In this document: piece by piece, positions 36,246 to 46,089 of the stretch
Layout of the letters: every line of letters starts with the position of its first letter
How positions within the stretch are numbered: the stretch's first letter is position 1
Source: Patescibacteria group bacterium
GTDB taxonomy: Bacteria; Patescibacteriota; Microgenomatia; UBA10105; UBA927
Assembly: GCA_038062895.1 (NCBI GenBank)
Contig: JBBTWJ010000006.1
Coordinates: 48,862-112,861 of the forward strand
Reading direction: 5' to 3'
DNA length: 64,000 bases
Translations under genes and position numbers: made by a program
Notes under the pieces: generated by a model
The model's input: only the letters and a program-made list of their open reading frames with translations
The model's database searches: none
Told to the model about the DNA's origin: nothing

Positions 36246-36788
36246 TTAGGTTCTGAATTTCCGTATAAATTTCGCCGGAACCCCTCCCACCAATGTTTTT
36301 GACGCTACATCCTTTGTCACTACCGCTCCTGCGGCAACCGCAGCACCCTCTCCGATCGTGAGACCCGCAAGTATGGTCGCGCGGGCACCCACGAAGCATC
36401 CTTTTTTAAAAACAGTGGAATGAGCCACAGACGGAATATACTTTTGTACAGGATGATTCTTGTATCCTACGTTTGTATGGGTCAGGACCATCACATCAAA
36501 AGAAAGTGTTGCGTCATTTTCAAGAATAATGCACTCCGCTGTATCCAATGTCACTCCGTCGCCCAAAAAACAATTATCACCGATTGAGATACCGCTAATC
36601 CCCGTTCTGTAGAGATTAAGGAGGCTAATCCGCTCGATAACGGTATTTTTCCCAATTCTGGCACCAAACACCCGTAACATCCACACGCGAAGCGGGGACA
36701 CAAACATCATGGCAAACAGATATTGCCAAAGACTAAAGAGAACGTACCGCATGACTTTTCGTATACCGATTTCTTTTACTGCCTTCAT
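36246..36788 (-). CDS. WcaF-like hexapeptide-repeat sugar O-acetyltransferase
   Basis: 180 aa; N-terminus LRVWMLRVFGARIGKNTVIERIS resembles colanic acid acetyltransferase WcaF, followed by LbH repeats (GEGAAVAAGAVVTKDV). Confidence 0.75.
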   Translation of the reverse strand: MKAVKEIGIRKVMRYVLFSLWQYLFAMMFVSPLRVWMLRVFGARIGKNTVIERISLLNLYRTGISGISIGDNCFLGDGVTLDTAECIILENDATLSFDVMVLTHTNVGYKNHPVQKYIPSVAHSTVFKKGCFVGARATILAGLTIGEGAAVAAGAVVTKDVASKTLVGGVPAKFIRKFRT

Positions 36789-36793
36789 ACTTT

Positions 36794-37525
36794 TTATTTT
36801 GACAAATATCCCTTCCTAATCAACTGTCTATAAAATTCCATGATATTCTTTATATATTCCAACGTGTCATGGATAAGCCGAACCGAAGATTTTTTATCAA
36901 ATCGTCGAACAAAAAGCACCGGCTCTTCGCGTATCTTCAGTCCTTCCAAACAGGCAAACGTCATAATTTCCGTGTCCCAGAACCAACCGCTGTTCTTTGT
37001 CTTCTTGAGGATTGGCAGTATTTTTTTACGATCAAAAAACTTATATCCCGTCTCTGTATCTTTCAACGGTATTCCAAAAATCGACCGCACCAGCCACGAG
37101 TACCCGCGGGAAAGAATCGCCCGGTGAAACGACGTGAGTCCTTCCCGGTATACCCGTAACCCCGTCACCACATCCGCTTCCCCACCTAGGATCATGCGGA
37201 CGAACTGTGGTATATAGACTGGTGATACCTCAAGATCAATATCAATAAACCCGACGACCTTCCCGCGCGCGATGGCAATCCCATCCCGCACCGATTTTCC
37301 CCGACCCTGATTTACGTCATGATAGACAGCCCGGAAATTTTTATTCTTTTTGACGAGCGACGCAATGATCTCAGCGGTCTTATCTTCGCTTTTATCATCG
37401 ACAAAAATAAGCTCGTAAGTTAATACACTGCCGCGTAATACGGATATAACGCAATCAACACTTTGCCGGAGATGCGCCTGCTCGTTATAGCAGGCGATGA
37501 TGAGAGAAAGATCAATCCGTTTCAT
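36794..37525 (-). CDS. glycosyltransferase family 2 (polyprenyl-phosphate sugar synthase-like)
   Basis: 243 aa; MKRIDLSLIIACYNEQAHL...VDDKSEDKT, DIDL DxD motif. Confidence 0.85.
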   Translation of the reverse strand: MKRIDLSLIIACYNEQAHLRQSVDCVISVLRGSVLTYELIFVDDKSEDKTAEIIASLVKKNKNFRAVYHDVNQGRGKSVRDGIAIARGKVVGFIDIDLEVSPVYIPQFVRMILGGEADVVTGLRVYREGLTSFHRAILSRGYSWLVRSIFGIPLKDTETGYKFFDRKKILPILKKTKNSGWFWDTEIMTFACLEGLKIREEPVLFVRRFDKKSSVRLIHDTLEYIKNIMEFYRQLIRKGYLSK

Positions 37526-37540
37526 AAGCGGGGTTTTCGG

Positions 37541-38116
37541 TTATATACCAATCAGTTCACGCACTGCATTTTTTACTGCCATCCCGAATGGGGGTATATA
37601 TTTTTTGAGCTTACTTTTGTCTAGCTCTTCTGTATTCCACTCGTGGGAACCATCCGTTCTTTTCCCGAGGGAGATTAAATACAGCATGTCTAAAACAGCT
37701 TTTTCCGGTTCCGCTACATACGTGCCTCCTGCCAAATTGAATCCAAAAAATAATTCCCGTTTTAGTTGAGAATAATCACATTCAACATCCATCAGTGTAA
37801 TTTTTTTTGAATGCCGTGTGGTGGCAAGCGTCAAGTTATACAACCCCTGATTTATGATTCCATACTTAGACAGCGCACTTTCAAAACTGATATAGCTGGG
37901 ATAGTAAAGTTTCGTAGCAAGCTTTTCCACATCGAAAGAATGACCACGCAGCATATACACTCCCCTGGCAACTTTTACTATAGAACCGGAATCCACCAAC
38001 CTCTTTATAGCCGTATTGATATGCACCTCATTGGGAAAAAGCTTTTTCACATCTGCAATATCAAAAACATCCTTCGCAAGTTGTTCTATTTTTTCAATTA
38101 ATATATTTTTTCTCAT
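37541..38116 (-). CDS. AbiEi-family antitoxin-like transcriptional regulator (type IV TA/abortive infection)
   Basis: 191 aa; N-terminal winged-helix-like AbiEi_4 pattern (IKRLVDSGSIVKVARGVYML); translationally coupled (4-nt overlap) with AbiEii-like gene. Confidence 0.65.
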   Translation of the reverse strand: MRKNILIEKIEQLAKDVFDIADVKKLFPNEVHINTAIKRLVDSGSIVKVARGVYMLRGHSFDVEKLATKLYYPSYISFESALSKYGIINQGLYNLTLATTRHSKKITLMDVECDYSQLKRELFFGFNLAGGTYVAEPEKAVLDMLYLISLGKRTDGSHEWNTEELDKSKLKKYIPPFGMAVKNAVRELIGI

Positions 38117-38817
38117 AAAGAAAACTCCTCTAGTATATTACGGTGATTTTTTGGAATGAACGGATTTAACTTATCCATCAATTCTTTTTGGGTATACTTG
38201 AATTCCTTTTTAATCGTAAATATTCTATTCAATTTTTGATGTATATACCATGCGTCAAACAAATCTCTTGGTTCTCTTCTAACTCTTGTCTTGAGTATGC
38301 CTAATTTATCCTCTAGAATAGACTCAATCGTGTAAACTCTTGCGGAAATCTCAAGATTATTAAATGGACTTCGCAGAAGTCCAACAACAGAGACAAAATC
38401 CCTCACGTTTTTATTAATTTCAACTTTAATACCGATGGGAATTGGTTTAAATCCCGTGTCAAACACAATCTTGGCAAATAGTGTATGGTGTTTATCATAT
38501 ATATCTTTCACCCGTGCTTCAGGAATAAGACCAGGTAATTTCTCTATCGCATTCTTGAACGTTGTGTACGGAATACTTTTAATCAAAGAGAAATCTAAAT
38601 CTTCGGAAAATCGAAAAGAGCCGTAGGCCAGACGCAAAGCCGTCCCCCCTTTAAAAACCAAGTCTCTTTCAAATGAAGATCTAAAGAGTACATCCAGTAT
38701 GTACATCTGATAATGCTCTTTGAGAATATTATCGGTAATCGTGGAATGTTGAGCCGCAAATTTCTCAGCCTGGTCCTGTGTTAACATACTATACATAAAT
38801 GTACAGTATCTTGACAC
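38113..38817 (-). CDS. AbiEii/AbiGii-family nucleotidyltransferase toxin (DUF1814)
   Basis: 234 aa (GTG start at 38817, ATG alternatives at 38796/38787); motif FKGGTALRLAYGSFRFSEDLDF characteristic of AbiEii NTases. Confidence 0.7.
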   Translation of the reverse strand: MSRYCTFMYSMLTQDQAEKFAAQHSTITDNILKEHYQMYILDVLFRSSFERDLVFKGGTALRLAYGSFRFSEDLDFSLIKSIPYTTFKNAIEKLPGLIPEARVKDIYDKHHTLFAKIVFDTGFKPIPIGIKVEINKNVRDFVSVVGLLRSPFNNLEISARVYTIESILEDKLGILKTRVRREPRDLFDAWYIHQKLNRIFTIKKEFKYTQKELMDKLNPFIPKNHRNILEEFSL

Positions 38818-38838
38818 TGATCACAAGGAGATCTTTTA

Positions 38839-38885
38839 CCGGAGATGCGCCTGCTCGTTATAGCAAGCGACGATGAGAGAAAGAT
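38839..38885. repeat. 47-bp duplicate of the 5' coding end of the GT2 gene (direct repeat of 37466-37512)
   Basis: ccggagatgcgcctgctcgttatagcaagcgacgatgagagaaagat vs 37466-37512, 45/47 identical, same orientation; encodes remnant LSLIVACYNEQAHLR then stop; the two copies bracket the AbiEi/AbiEii pair. Confidence 0.75.
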
Positions 38886-38903
38886 AAACATGCTTCACGG
38901 TGT

Positions 38904-39647
38904 TTATTTTTGCGCAATCGCCACTAACGTCGGCTTACATTCACGAAGAAGTATCCCCTGGGATAGTGCGATCATACGCCAAAAAGACTCTCCCATAAAT
39001 GCAATCAACGGCATGAGTGTCGTCTTTAGGAGCCGAAGTATCGGATTATCATCGTACGGCGTATAGGAGTTCATTTCAAAAAAACTATTCCTCGTCAACC
39101 CGCAATTGCGGAAAAGTTGGGATAAGGAAACCGTGTTGTACAGAGACTTATGGGTAATATCGGCGAATAATAACGTATTAGCGAAGGGGTGATTAGCGTT
39201 TGGCAATGAAACTAAGAGAGTTCCGTCTTTTTGCAACATGCGCTGGACAGATGTTAGAAGTACTGCTGCGTCGCCGGGTGAATAGTGCTCTAATACATCA
39301 TATAAGACTATCAGACGAAATGTGTCTTTATGTGACTCATAGAAAGATTTTTCCGCCCGCTCATCCACGAGCTGGACATCAAAACCATTTTTTCTACATA
39401 TATCGACGCATTCCTTCGAATAATCCGTGCCTTTGATATTTGTGTATCCGAGTGTTTTGAGAGCCGCTACGTTATGTCCCACCCCTGATCCAATTTCTAA
39501 AATAGCACTATCCTTCTGTTTGGGAAGATATGGAAGGAAATATGATTTCCAGACGTACAAACGCTTGCGGAATACGGCATCTGTGGCCGCGGCGACATAT
39601 TGGTAATGAGTGGATACATATCGGGAATAAAATTTACTTTTTTTCAT
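38904..39647 (-). CDS. class I SAM-dependent methyltransferase
   Basis: 247 aa; motif I ILEIGSGVGHN, motif post-II VLYDVLEHY. Confidence 0.8.
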   Translation of the reverse strand: MKKSKFYSRYVSTHYQYVAAATDAVFRKRLYVWKSYFLPYLPKQKDSAILEIGSGVGHNVAALKTLGYTNIKGTDYSKECVDICRKNGFDVQLVDERAEKSFYESHKDTFRLIVLYDVLEHYSPGDAAVLLTSVQRMLQKDGTLLVSLPNANHPFANTLLFADITHKSLYNTVSLSQLFRNCGLTRNSFFEMNSYTPYDDNPILRLLKTTLMPLIAFMGESFWRMIALSQGILLRECKPTLVAIAQK

Positions 39648-40890
39648 AGGTCTTTACTTCAAAAAGCCGCTTATACGACAAAATAAGCGCTTGTTCTGAA
39701 TAGTTCTTTATGAGTGCTGCATATCCGTTTCTTCCCAACCGTCTTCGTTTTTCAGAATCGGATAAAAGCAACGATAAGGCCTTCTCTACCTCGTGCTCAC
39801 GTGCAAATTGTACCACAATTCCCCCCTTATTCCGTTCGATAAGTTCTTGAGTAGGTCCTAAATTACATCCGATCACCGGCTTCCTCTTGTGCCATGCTTC
39901 TAAATAAACATACCCGAATGTTTCAGATTTTGATGGCATACAAAACACATCACAGCTCGCAAAAATTATTTCTTTCGTAGATTCCTCAACGTAACCGAAG
40001 TCAACCAGATACGGGGTCGTATCAGAACTTTTTAGCACTTCATTCCACTCGGTCGTGTTATGACCTATCGCGACAAGTACAATGCTCTTGTCTTCCTGAT
40101 AAAGGCTCTTCACAGCTGCGAGGGTCGTTAATGCTCCTTTCATAGATCCCTTCAGCCCTGCAAACAGAACAACCTTTCGATGTTCGATTCCGTATCGTCT
40201 CTTAAAAAGGAGTACATCGTGCTCCAACGCATCTGCTGTATGCATAGTACGGGTACGAATATAGAGAGGAATAACCCTCGTTTTTCCTTGGGAAACCGGA
40301 TAGAGCGCTTCAATCTGCTTTTTTTCTGCGTTGGAAATGACATGAATACAATCTGTTTTTTCTAATATACTGCCTAATTCCTTGTTATGGTATGACTCAA
40401 CCTCCGCATGAAAAAATGGAGTCAAAATAACGTATGGTTTTTTCTTCAGACGCTCAATACCATCGAATACCTGTTGATTAATCTCAAGTGGAAATGGAGA
40501 ACAATGCACGACATCAAATTGCTCCTTTTGCAATAACTCAAACAAACCGCCTAGATACGGGCCGCTCGAGACGATGCGCATCTTATTTCTGACCGACATT
40601 GGCAATAGGTAGCCAAAAACCCGTTCAAGGATAAACGCCGCGCTCGTGATCCATTGCTGCGATGGCAAACGCAAAACACGAACGCCGTTAAACGTATCCT
40701 TTGTTGTATTCATCTTTTTCCCAAACAAAGGGTCATACCAATAGCGTGGCGTTGCCCCATCACTTGTGACAACCGTGACATCCTGTCCGGCTGCCGCAAA
40801 ATCCTCAGCAAGGATGCGGACGGCATTATCTGATCCGTAAAGTGGAGCGGGTAAATATATAGGCGTCACGAAAACAATTTTCTTTTTCAT
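39634..40890 (-). CDS. glycosyltransferase family 4 (GT-B)
   Basis: 418 aa; MKKKIVFVTPIYLPAPLYGSDNAV N-domain; C-domain ETFGYVYLEAW. Confidence 0.8.
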   Translation of the reverse strand: MKKKIVFVTPIYLPAPLYGSDNAVRILAEDFAAAGQDVTVVTSDGATPRYWYDPLFGKKMNTTKDTFNGVRVLRLPSQQWITSAAFILERVFGYLLPMSVRNKMRIVSSGPYLGGLFELLQKEQFDVVHCSPFPLEINQQVFDGIERLKKKPYVILTPFFHAEVESYHNKELGSILEKTDCIHVISNAEKKQIEALYPVSQGKTRVIPLYIRTRTMHTADALEHDVLLFKRRYGIEHRKVVLFAGLKGSMKGALTTLAAVKSLYQEDKSIVLVAIGHNTTEWNEVLKSSDTTPYLVDFGYVEESTKEIIFASCDVFCMPSKSETFGYVYLEAWHKRKPVIGCNLGPTQELIERNKGGIVVQFAREHEVEKALSLLLSDSEKRRRLGRNGYAALIKNYSEQALILSYKRLFEVKTYEKK

Positions 40891-41828
40891 ATTGTTGCCC
40901 GGAGCACAAAGACATCTCCTTTATTCATTCTATCGATGAGCCATTCAAACGGATAAAAAAGCAGCACCAGCCATTGCGTATGAATGAGATTCGATCGTAT
41001 GCCAAACTTCTCCCGCAGGATGTATTGAATGCTCCCAAGCAATCCTCCCGCCGAACAAAACTCCACATGGCTCACGCTAAATCCTGATCGGACGACGGCC
41101 TGCTGAAGCGTCAGGGGCGAAAATAATACGAGATGACGGGGAGCATCTAGATTATACCAATAGGTCCCGAATATATGAGCCAGGAAACTCTCCACGTTTG
41201 GCGTACCGATGATCAGCTGACCTCCTTTTTTCAACTTTTTTTTGATAAGCCGCAAGCATCGCATAGGATCATCCAAATGCTCAATCACGTGGTAGAGGCG
41301 CACTGCATCAAAATAATTGTCAGGATACGATGAAATATCCTGATAAAACCCAACACGGACATGATCCACTCCCCGCTTTTTTGCAACCCCGACCGCCGCC
41401 TCGTCGATATCCATCCCGAACGTCTCCCATCCAAACTCTTTTAAGAGCATAAGCGTATCCCCCACCCCGCATCCGACGTCTAATATCTTCCCATCGGTTA
41501 TGAGATGGGGAAGCGCCGGGACGTTCGGCAGCAGCATCGCCAAAATTTTACTTACAGGAGTTGGATGATTGCTTGCGCGGACTAAATACGTACGAAGCTT
41601 CGCAAAAAAACTCCCATTCCCTTTTGAGTCGTATGCGTAATATTTTTTTGGAGGGTAATACGGAGCCACTTGAGCCTCTGACAGCATAGGAAATAACGAT
41701 ACGGCAGAACAATTCTGACATTTGACAAACGTAAACGCCCCTGGCAGTTCAAACATCCTGTCTTTCGCACTCAAAAGACGTCGACACGACTTGCCGCCGC
41801 AAAGCGGACACTCAAACAGTGATTTCAT
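40887..41828 (-). CDS. class I SAM-dependent methyltransferase with N-terminal zinc-ribbon
   Basis: 313 aa; CPLCGG...CQNC zinc ribbon; motif I ILDVGCGVGD; VIEHLDDP. Confidence 0.8.
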   Translation of the reverse strand: MKSLFECPLCGGKSCRRLLSAKDRMFELPGAFTFVKCQNCSAVSLFPMLSEAQVAPYYPPKKYYAYDSKGNGSFFAKLRTYLVRASNHPTPVSKILAMLLPNVPALPHLITDGKILDVGCGVGDTLMLLKEFGWETFGMDIDEAAVGVAKKRGVDHVRVGFYQDISSYPDNYFDAVRLYHVIEHLDDPMRCLRLIKKKLKKGGQLIIGTPNVESFLAHIFGTYWYNLDAPRHLVLFSPLTLQQAVVRSGFSVSHVEFCSAGGLLGSIQYILREKFGIRSNLIHTQWLVLLFYPFEWLIDRMNKGDVFVLRATI

Positions 41829-42888
41829 ATTGAGAAAGAATTACGTGGCGGTATCTTTTTGCATCCAAGAGTAAGCAAAAGTAATAATATAATCCTGGAT
41901 TATAATAGATAGATCTTCGTATTCCCCTATCGGTAACTTTTCTTATATTCTGTTGTATGTTGTTTCTTTTTTTAAGAGTCGTTTGCAAATTGACCAAATT
42001 CCACCACCATCCTTTCAAAATTGCCGCTACAACACCAAGCCGCAACGACATAAGAAAATAAAACAGGACTCCTATCTGAAAAACGGCAAAAACCGGATAA
42101 ATGGTGGCAAGATACAACGTTCCAAAATTTTTAAGATATGAACAATTCATATTTTTAAACGTGAGATACACTCTGCGCTCGTAGTTATAGGTATCCGTTG
42201 TATCGCCACCAGCCACGTGATAGATGTAAGAATCCGGCTGATAGAGGACTTTATATCCGGCAAGCCATAACCGGTGGCACAAATCGGTTTCCTCAAAGAA
42301 GATAAAAAAATCCTCATCAAATCCTCCTACCTCTTCAAACGCATGCTTGGGAATCAGCATGCACGCGCCTTTAGCGGAAAATACTACTCTCGTGGTCCGG
42401 TACATAGGTAAACGATGAACTTTTCGATATCCGTAGTGATATAAAAATCCGGACATAGTGAGGTACGCGCCAGCCTCATCAAGTAAATCCGGGTGATCCA
42501 TAACGCGCATTTCCGGCTGAACGCAACCGATATGAGGATCCCGCTTGCAAGCCTCAATTATGGGTAGTAAAAATTCTTTCGAAACCTTCGTATCATTATT
42601 GAGAAATAATAGATATTGACCGGCGGCCGTCCTGGCTCCAATATTATTTCCTCCGGCAAATCCGTTATTTTTGTCACTCGCAATTACCTTTACCTTAGGA
42701 AAATTTTTTCTCATATACGATACGGAGCCATCCGAAGAATTATTATCTACAACGATAATCTCAATGAGAGGATTTTTGATCTGAACCAAAGAAGATACAC
42801 ACGTATGGAGAAATTTTTTCCCGTTCCAATTGAGGATAATCACGGAAACCAACGGGGCTCTTGAAATCATATAAGCTTCTTGCTCCAA
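41812..42888 (-). CDS. glycosyltransferase family 2 (GT-A)
   Basis: 358 aa; VSVIILNWNGKKFLHTCV...VVDNNSSDGS, DxD; C-terminal TM segments. Confidence 0.85.
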   Translation of the reverse strand: MEQEAYMISRAPLVSVIILNWNGKKFLHTCVSSLVQIKNPLIEIIVVDNNSSDGSVSYMRKNFPKVKVIASDKNNGFAGGNNIGARTAAGQYLLFLNNDTKVSKEFLLPIIEACKRDPHIGCVQPEMRVMDHPDLLDEAGAYLTMSGFLYHYGYRKVHRLPMYRTTRVVFSAKGACMLIPKHAFEEVGGFDEDFFIFFEETDLCHRLWLAGYKVLYQPDSYIYHVAGGDTTDTYNYERRVYLTFKNMNCSYLKNFGTLYLATIYPVFAVFQIGVLFYFLMSLRLGVVAAILKGWWWNLVNLQTTLKKRNNIQQNIRKVTDRGIRRSIYYNPGLYYYFCLLLDAKRYRHVILSQYEITV

Positions 42889-43949
42889 ATGGCAGGAGTA
42901 TCCTCGGTCTCAAGCTCAAGCCCGTCGCTCAAGTATTGAAATTGCTGTGGTCCCATCGTTTTGGCCCACGCGACCATCTTTGCGACACCCTGCGCAAGCG
43001 TCACACTTGTTTTATACCCCAATAGCTTCACCGCCTTGTCATGAGTACAATAGGCCTCCTTAACTTCCTGAGGTCGGAGAGCCAGGTATTTGGGCTTCAA
43101 GTGCTTTGGGACGTTCCCATCAGGAAAAAATGTTTGGATCACAATATCGGACAACTGATTGATCGTATACTCCTCTTTCGGTCCGATATTAATTATCTCT
43201 CCATTGACAGCATCTAAGAAGCCAGTTTTTACAAAATACGGATTAAAGTCATCTATGTAGGTGAATGCCCGTTTTTGCTCGCCATCTCCATAAATATAAA
43301 AATTCTTGTTGCTGAGAAGACAATTGATAAATATCCCGATGACATTCCTATACGGATCCGCTAAATTTTGCTTCGGACCATAGACGTTATGCGGTCGAAC
43401 GATGACATACTCAAATCCATGAACTTTTGATAAAATTTCAGTAGCCTCCTCCATAGCGGTCTTGGCTATGGCATAAACATCTTCAGGAATCCGCCTCATG
43501 CTTTCCGTAAAGGGAGTCTGTTGAGCACCATAGACACTCATAGAACTCGTCAGGACTACTTTCTTTAAACCATGACGGATACTTGGAATAAGTGTATAAA
43601 GATAAGCAAGATAATTACGTTCAGTCGCCGATATGGGGGTAAATTGACTCCTGCCTTCTGTGGCGTCAGCGGCTAAATGGTAGAGAAGTTCCGGTTTGAC
43701 TCCTGCGATATATTTTTCGGTTTTATCTTTATCACGCAGATCCAATACCGTAAATTTTGATTTCGGACTCACATTTCTGGTATACCCTCCCGAAAGGTCA
43801 TCGACGCCATATACCTCGTGACTCCCCATCGCGACAAGCGAGTCCACGAGATGGCTTCCCATGAAACCGGCAGCTCCGGTCACTAGAATTCTCATGGGTT
43901 TATTATACAGGGACTCGCCTTTCTTTGGAAGCGAGGAAGACCAATGCAA
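42867..43949 (-). CDS. NAD-dependent epimerase/dehydratase (SDR; UDP-glucuronate decarboxylase/4-epimerase-like); probable start Met at 43895
   Basis: MRILVTGAAGFMGSHLV Rossmann motif; YxxxK present (YAIAK). Confidence 0.8.
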   Translation of the reverse strand: MHWSSSLPKKGESLYNKPMRILVTGAAGFMGSHLVDSLVAMGSHEVYGVDDLSGGYTRNVSPKSKFTVLDLRDKDKTEKYIAGVKPELLYHLAADATEGRSQFTPISATERNYLAYLYTLIPSIRHGLKKVVLTSSMSVYGAQQTPFTESMRRIPEDVYAIAKTAMEEATEILSKVHGFEYVIVRPHNVYGPKQNLADPYRNVIGIFINCLLSNKNFYIYGDGEQKRAFTYIDDFNPYFVKTGFLDAVNGEIINIGPKEEYTINQLSDIVIQTFFPDGNVPKHLKPKYLALRPQEVKEAYCTHDKAVKLLGYKTSVTLAQGVAKMVAWAKTMGPQQFQYLSDGLELETEDTPAIWSKKLI

Positions 43950-46089
43950 CTGCCAAAACAGTCAAAAGAGAAACTCCCAAGCCCCATGTCACGTAGTTCT
44001 GCGGCTCAAATTCTACGACGCCTTCATATGTACCGGGGGTAGAAATTAAAAAGCTATTTAATCCTTGCGGTGATCGCTCGGACTTAACCATCGTATTTCC
44101 CACTCTTAACACCCACCCAGGATGGTAACTCTGGGAAAAATAGACGGTAGCCGGAGCATTAACGGTCAAAGAAACCGCGTATTGATCCATACGGATTCGT
44201 CTGTATGTAATCGACTCGTTGGTCGAAACCCAAAAAAGATCTCTATGCCGTGGAGTCTGGTAGATCGTAAGATTGCCGGAACGGATCTTGGTAAGCCATC
44301 CGACCCCATCAAGAACCGTTTCGTATTCCTGCCGCTTCTTCTTATCATATTTTCGATCACTCAAAAATAACTCACCCAGCGAGTCATATGGGATCATGAC
44401 ATACCCTATCCCCAAATCTTCTAAAAGCGCCTTACCCGTGGGCGCCTCCAGTTTCACTTTCAAATCAGCGGCCGTCGTAACGGCAAAGAGTGGCTCGCTC
44501 TCAATCTGCATATGATCAAGTGTCCCATAAGAAAACCGCTGTAGACGGGGCACCCAAAGCGTGCGGGCAAAATTTGTCTGCGCCTGCAAGAAATGCTCAA
44601 GTTCCGCGTATTCCTGCGGCACCGTCTGCGCAACATACGTCCCCCCAAGCTGGCCGAGGACAGCGGGACGGATGGTGAAAAACCAGAAGAAGAGGAAGGT
44701 AGCTAGTAGTATGTAGTTCGTAGTAAGGAGGATACTATTTGTCTTTTTTGCCTTGCTACTTACCACCTGCTGCAAGCTACGGAAAAGTTCGCTTAGTTGC
44801 TTCAGCGTAAACGGAATCAAGATTGAATATGCTAGCGCGATCAACACGTACCATTTCGTGGGATCCCGGAACATCGCAAATCCGGGGACGTGGGTAAACA
44901 TCCATTGATACACGATTCCAAACGGTTCCTGCGCGCCCTTGGCAAGAAATGTGCCCAGTATGGCAAGGAGAGCAAAAAATCCTATCTGTTGTCTGCTCTT
45001 TGCTCTCTGCCCCGCCCATGCGAGCGCTGCAAACGCGAGCACTGGTAGCACGAGAAACTCAGGCTGTAAAAAATATGTCTTTCCAAACACATTCTCCGGC
45101 CAGTTGGGATGGAGAAGCGAGAGAGCGTGGGAAAAATCCGCGAAACTATAAAATTTAATCGAATCTATTGACGTGTATGCCGACCCCAAATCTCCGATCG
45201 GGTTACTTCTCATGGCCACCATCGGGACGACCCAAAACGCATTAAGCAGAGCTGCAATACCTACAGCAAACGCAAAACCAAGAAACGTCCAGAGTAATAC
45301 TTGAAAAAAATGTTCTTTTATATTAACGAAGTAACCCTTCCTCGCCGGCCCGCTTCGCCCGCCTAGCCGCGAGGCTGGCCGAATCGAGGCGAGCAGGCGG
45401 GGAACGAACGAACTAACAACCCACAATGAAACCCCTACCATCGTCACGTACGCAATCCGGGGATCGATCATGAGTTGAAACCCTAATGATAATCCTGTAA
45501 TCAAGGAATATTTGTTATTTGCTATTTGATATTTGTTATTTACACTCTGGTCGCATACTAATGTTAAAAGCTTGATAAAGCTCGCCAGAACAAGAGGAGC
45601 CAGACCGTAGGCAATGGCCACTCCCATCTGCCCGCCCCCCGTCACCATGAGGATGTAGGTATTCGTGGTATAGACGAGCGACGCGACTATCCACCACGGA
45701 AACATATCTCTTAAGTCTTGAGTCTTAAGTCTAAAGTCTTGAATCACAGCTTCCCAGAGCTTTTTGGACCCGTAAACAGATAACGCGATAAACAACCCAA
45801 ACCATCCGACTTTATACACAATATTCCATGGGATGTGCAGCCACTGATTAAAAATGACTACGATAGCAGAGCCAAAAACATGCAATCCGAGGAGGGGCTG
45901 CATACCCCCAATCCCATTCCCTAACCATGATTGCCAAAGTGTAGGGAGAAGAGAGAAACTCCTCAAAAAGTCCTGGGTATAATATGGCCAATCTCCGCCA
46001 ATAATCAACGGGTTTAAAAGCCAATTACGGAATATATACAAAACCGTAATAAACACAACCGATACACAAAAATAATAATATTTTTTCAT
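43903..46089 (-). CDS. large GT-C-like polytopic membrane protein (paralog 1 of 3)
   Basis: 728 aa; ~12 N-terminal TM segments, large extracytoplasmic middle region, C-terminal TM anchor; N-terminal loop LNPLIIGGDWPYYTQD resembles LKPGEMDLGGDNSRLYFYD of the 46950 and 53368 proteins; carries GC-rich hairpin insert at 45340-45405. Confidence 0.5.
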   Translation of the reverse strand: MKKYYYFCVSVVFITVLYIFRNWLLNPLIIGGDWPYYTQDFLRSFSLLPTLWQSWLGNGIGGMQPLLGLHVFGSAIVVIFNQWLHIPWNIVYKVGWFGLFIALSVYGSKKLWEAVIQDFRLKTQDLRDMFPWWIVASLVYTTNTYILMVTGGGQMGVAIAYGLAPLVLASFIKLLTLVCDQSVNNKYQIANNKYSLITGLSLGFQLMIDPRIAYVTMVGVSLWVVSSFVPRLLASIRPASRLGGRSGPARKGYFVNIKEHFFQVLLWTFLGFAFAVGIAALLNAFWVVPMVAMRSNPIGDLGSAYTSIDSIKFYSFADFSHALSLLHPNWPENVFGKTYFLQPEFLVLPVLAFAALAWAGQRAKSRQQIGFFALLAILGTFLAKGAQEPFGIVYQWMFTHVPGFAMFRDPTKWYVLIALAYSILIPFTLKQLSELFRSLQQVVSSKAKKTNSILLTTNYILLATFLFFWFFTIRPAVLGQLGGTYVAQTVPQEYAELEHFLQAQTNFARTLWVPRLQRFSYGTLDHMQIESEPLFAVTTAADLKVKLEAPTGKALLEDLGIGYVMIPYDSLGELFLSDRKYDKKKRQEYETVLDGVGWLTKIRSGNLTIYQTPRHRDLFWVSTNESITYRRIRMDQYAVSLTVNAPATVYFSQSYHPGWVLRVGNTMVKSERSPQGLNSFLISTPGTYEGVVEFEPQNYVTWGLGVSLLTVLAVALVFLASKERRVPV

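Noticed and set aside
38845-39066. 73-aa plus-strand ORF with an upstream AAGGAG Shine-Dalgarno-like sequence
   Set aside because: Lies antisense to the GT2-fragment duplicate and to the 38904-39647 methyltransferase gene; the translation is low-complexity and the SD spacing is 14 nt. Treated as a shadow ORF.
45480-45545. AT-rich 13-nt direct repeat (atatttgttattt x2) inside the 43903-46089 gene
   Set aside because: Short, imperfectly phased (20-nt period), encodes an NNKY-type low-complexity peptide; no evidence of function beyond compositional bias.
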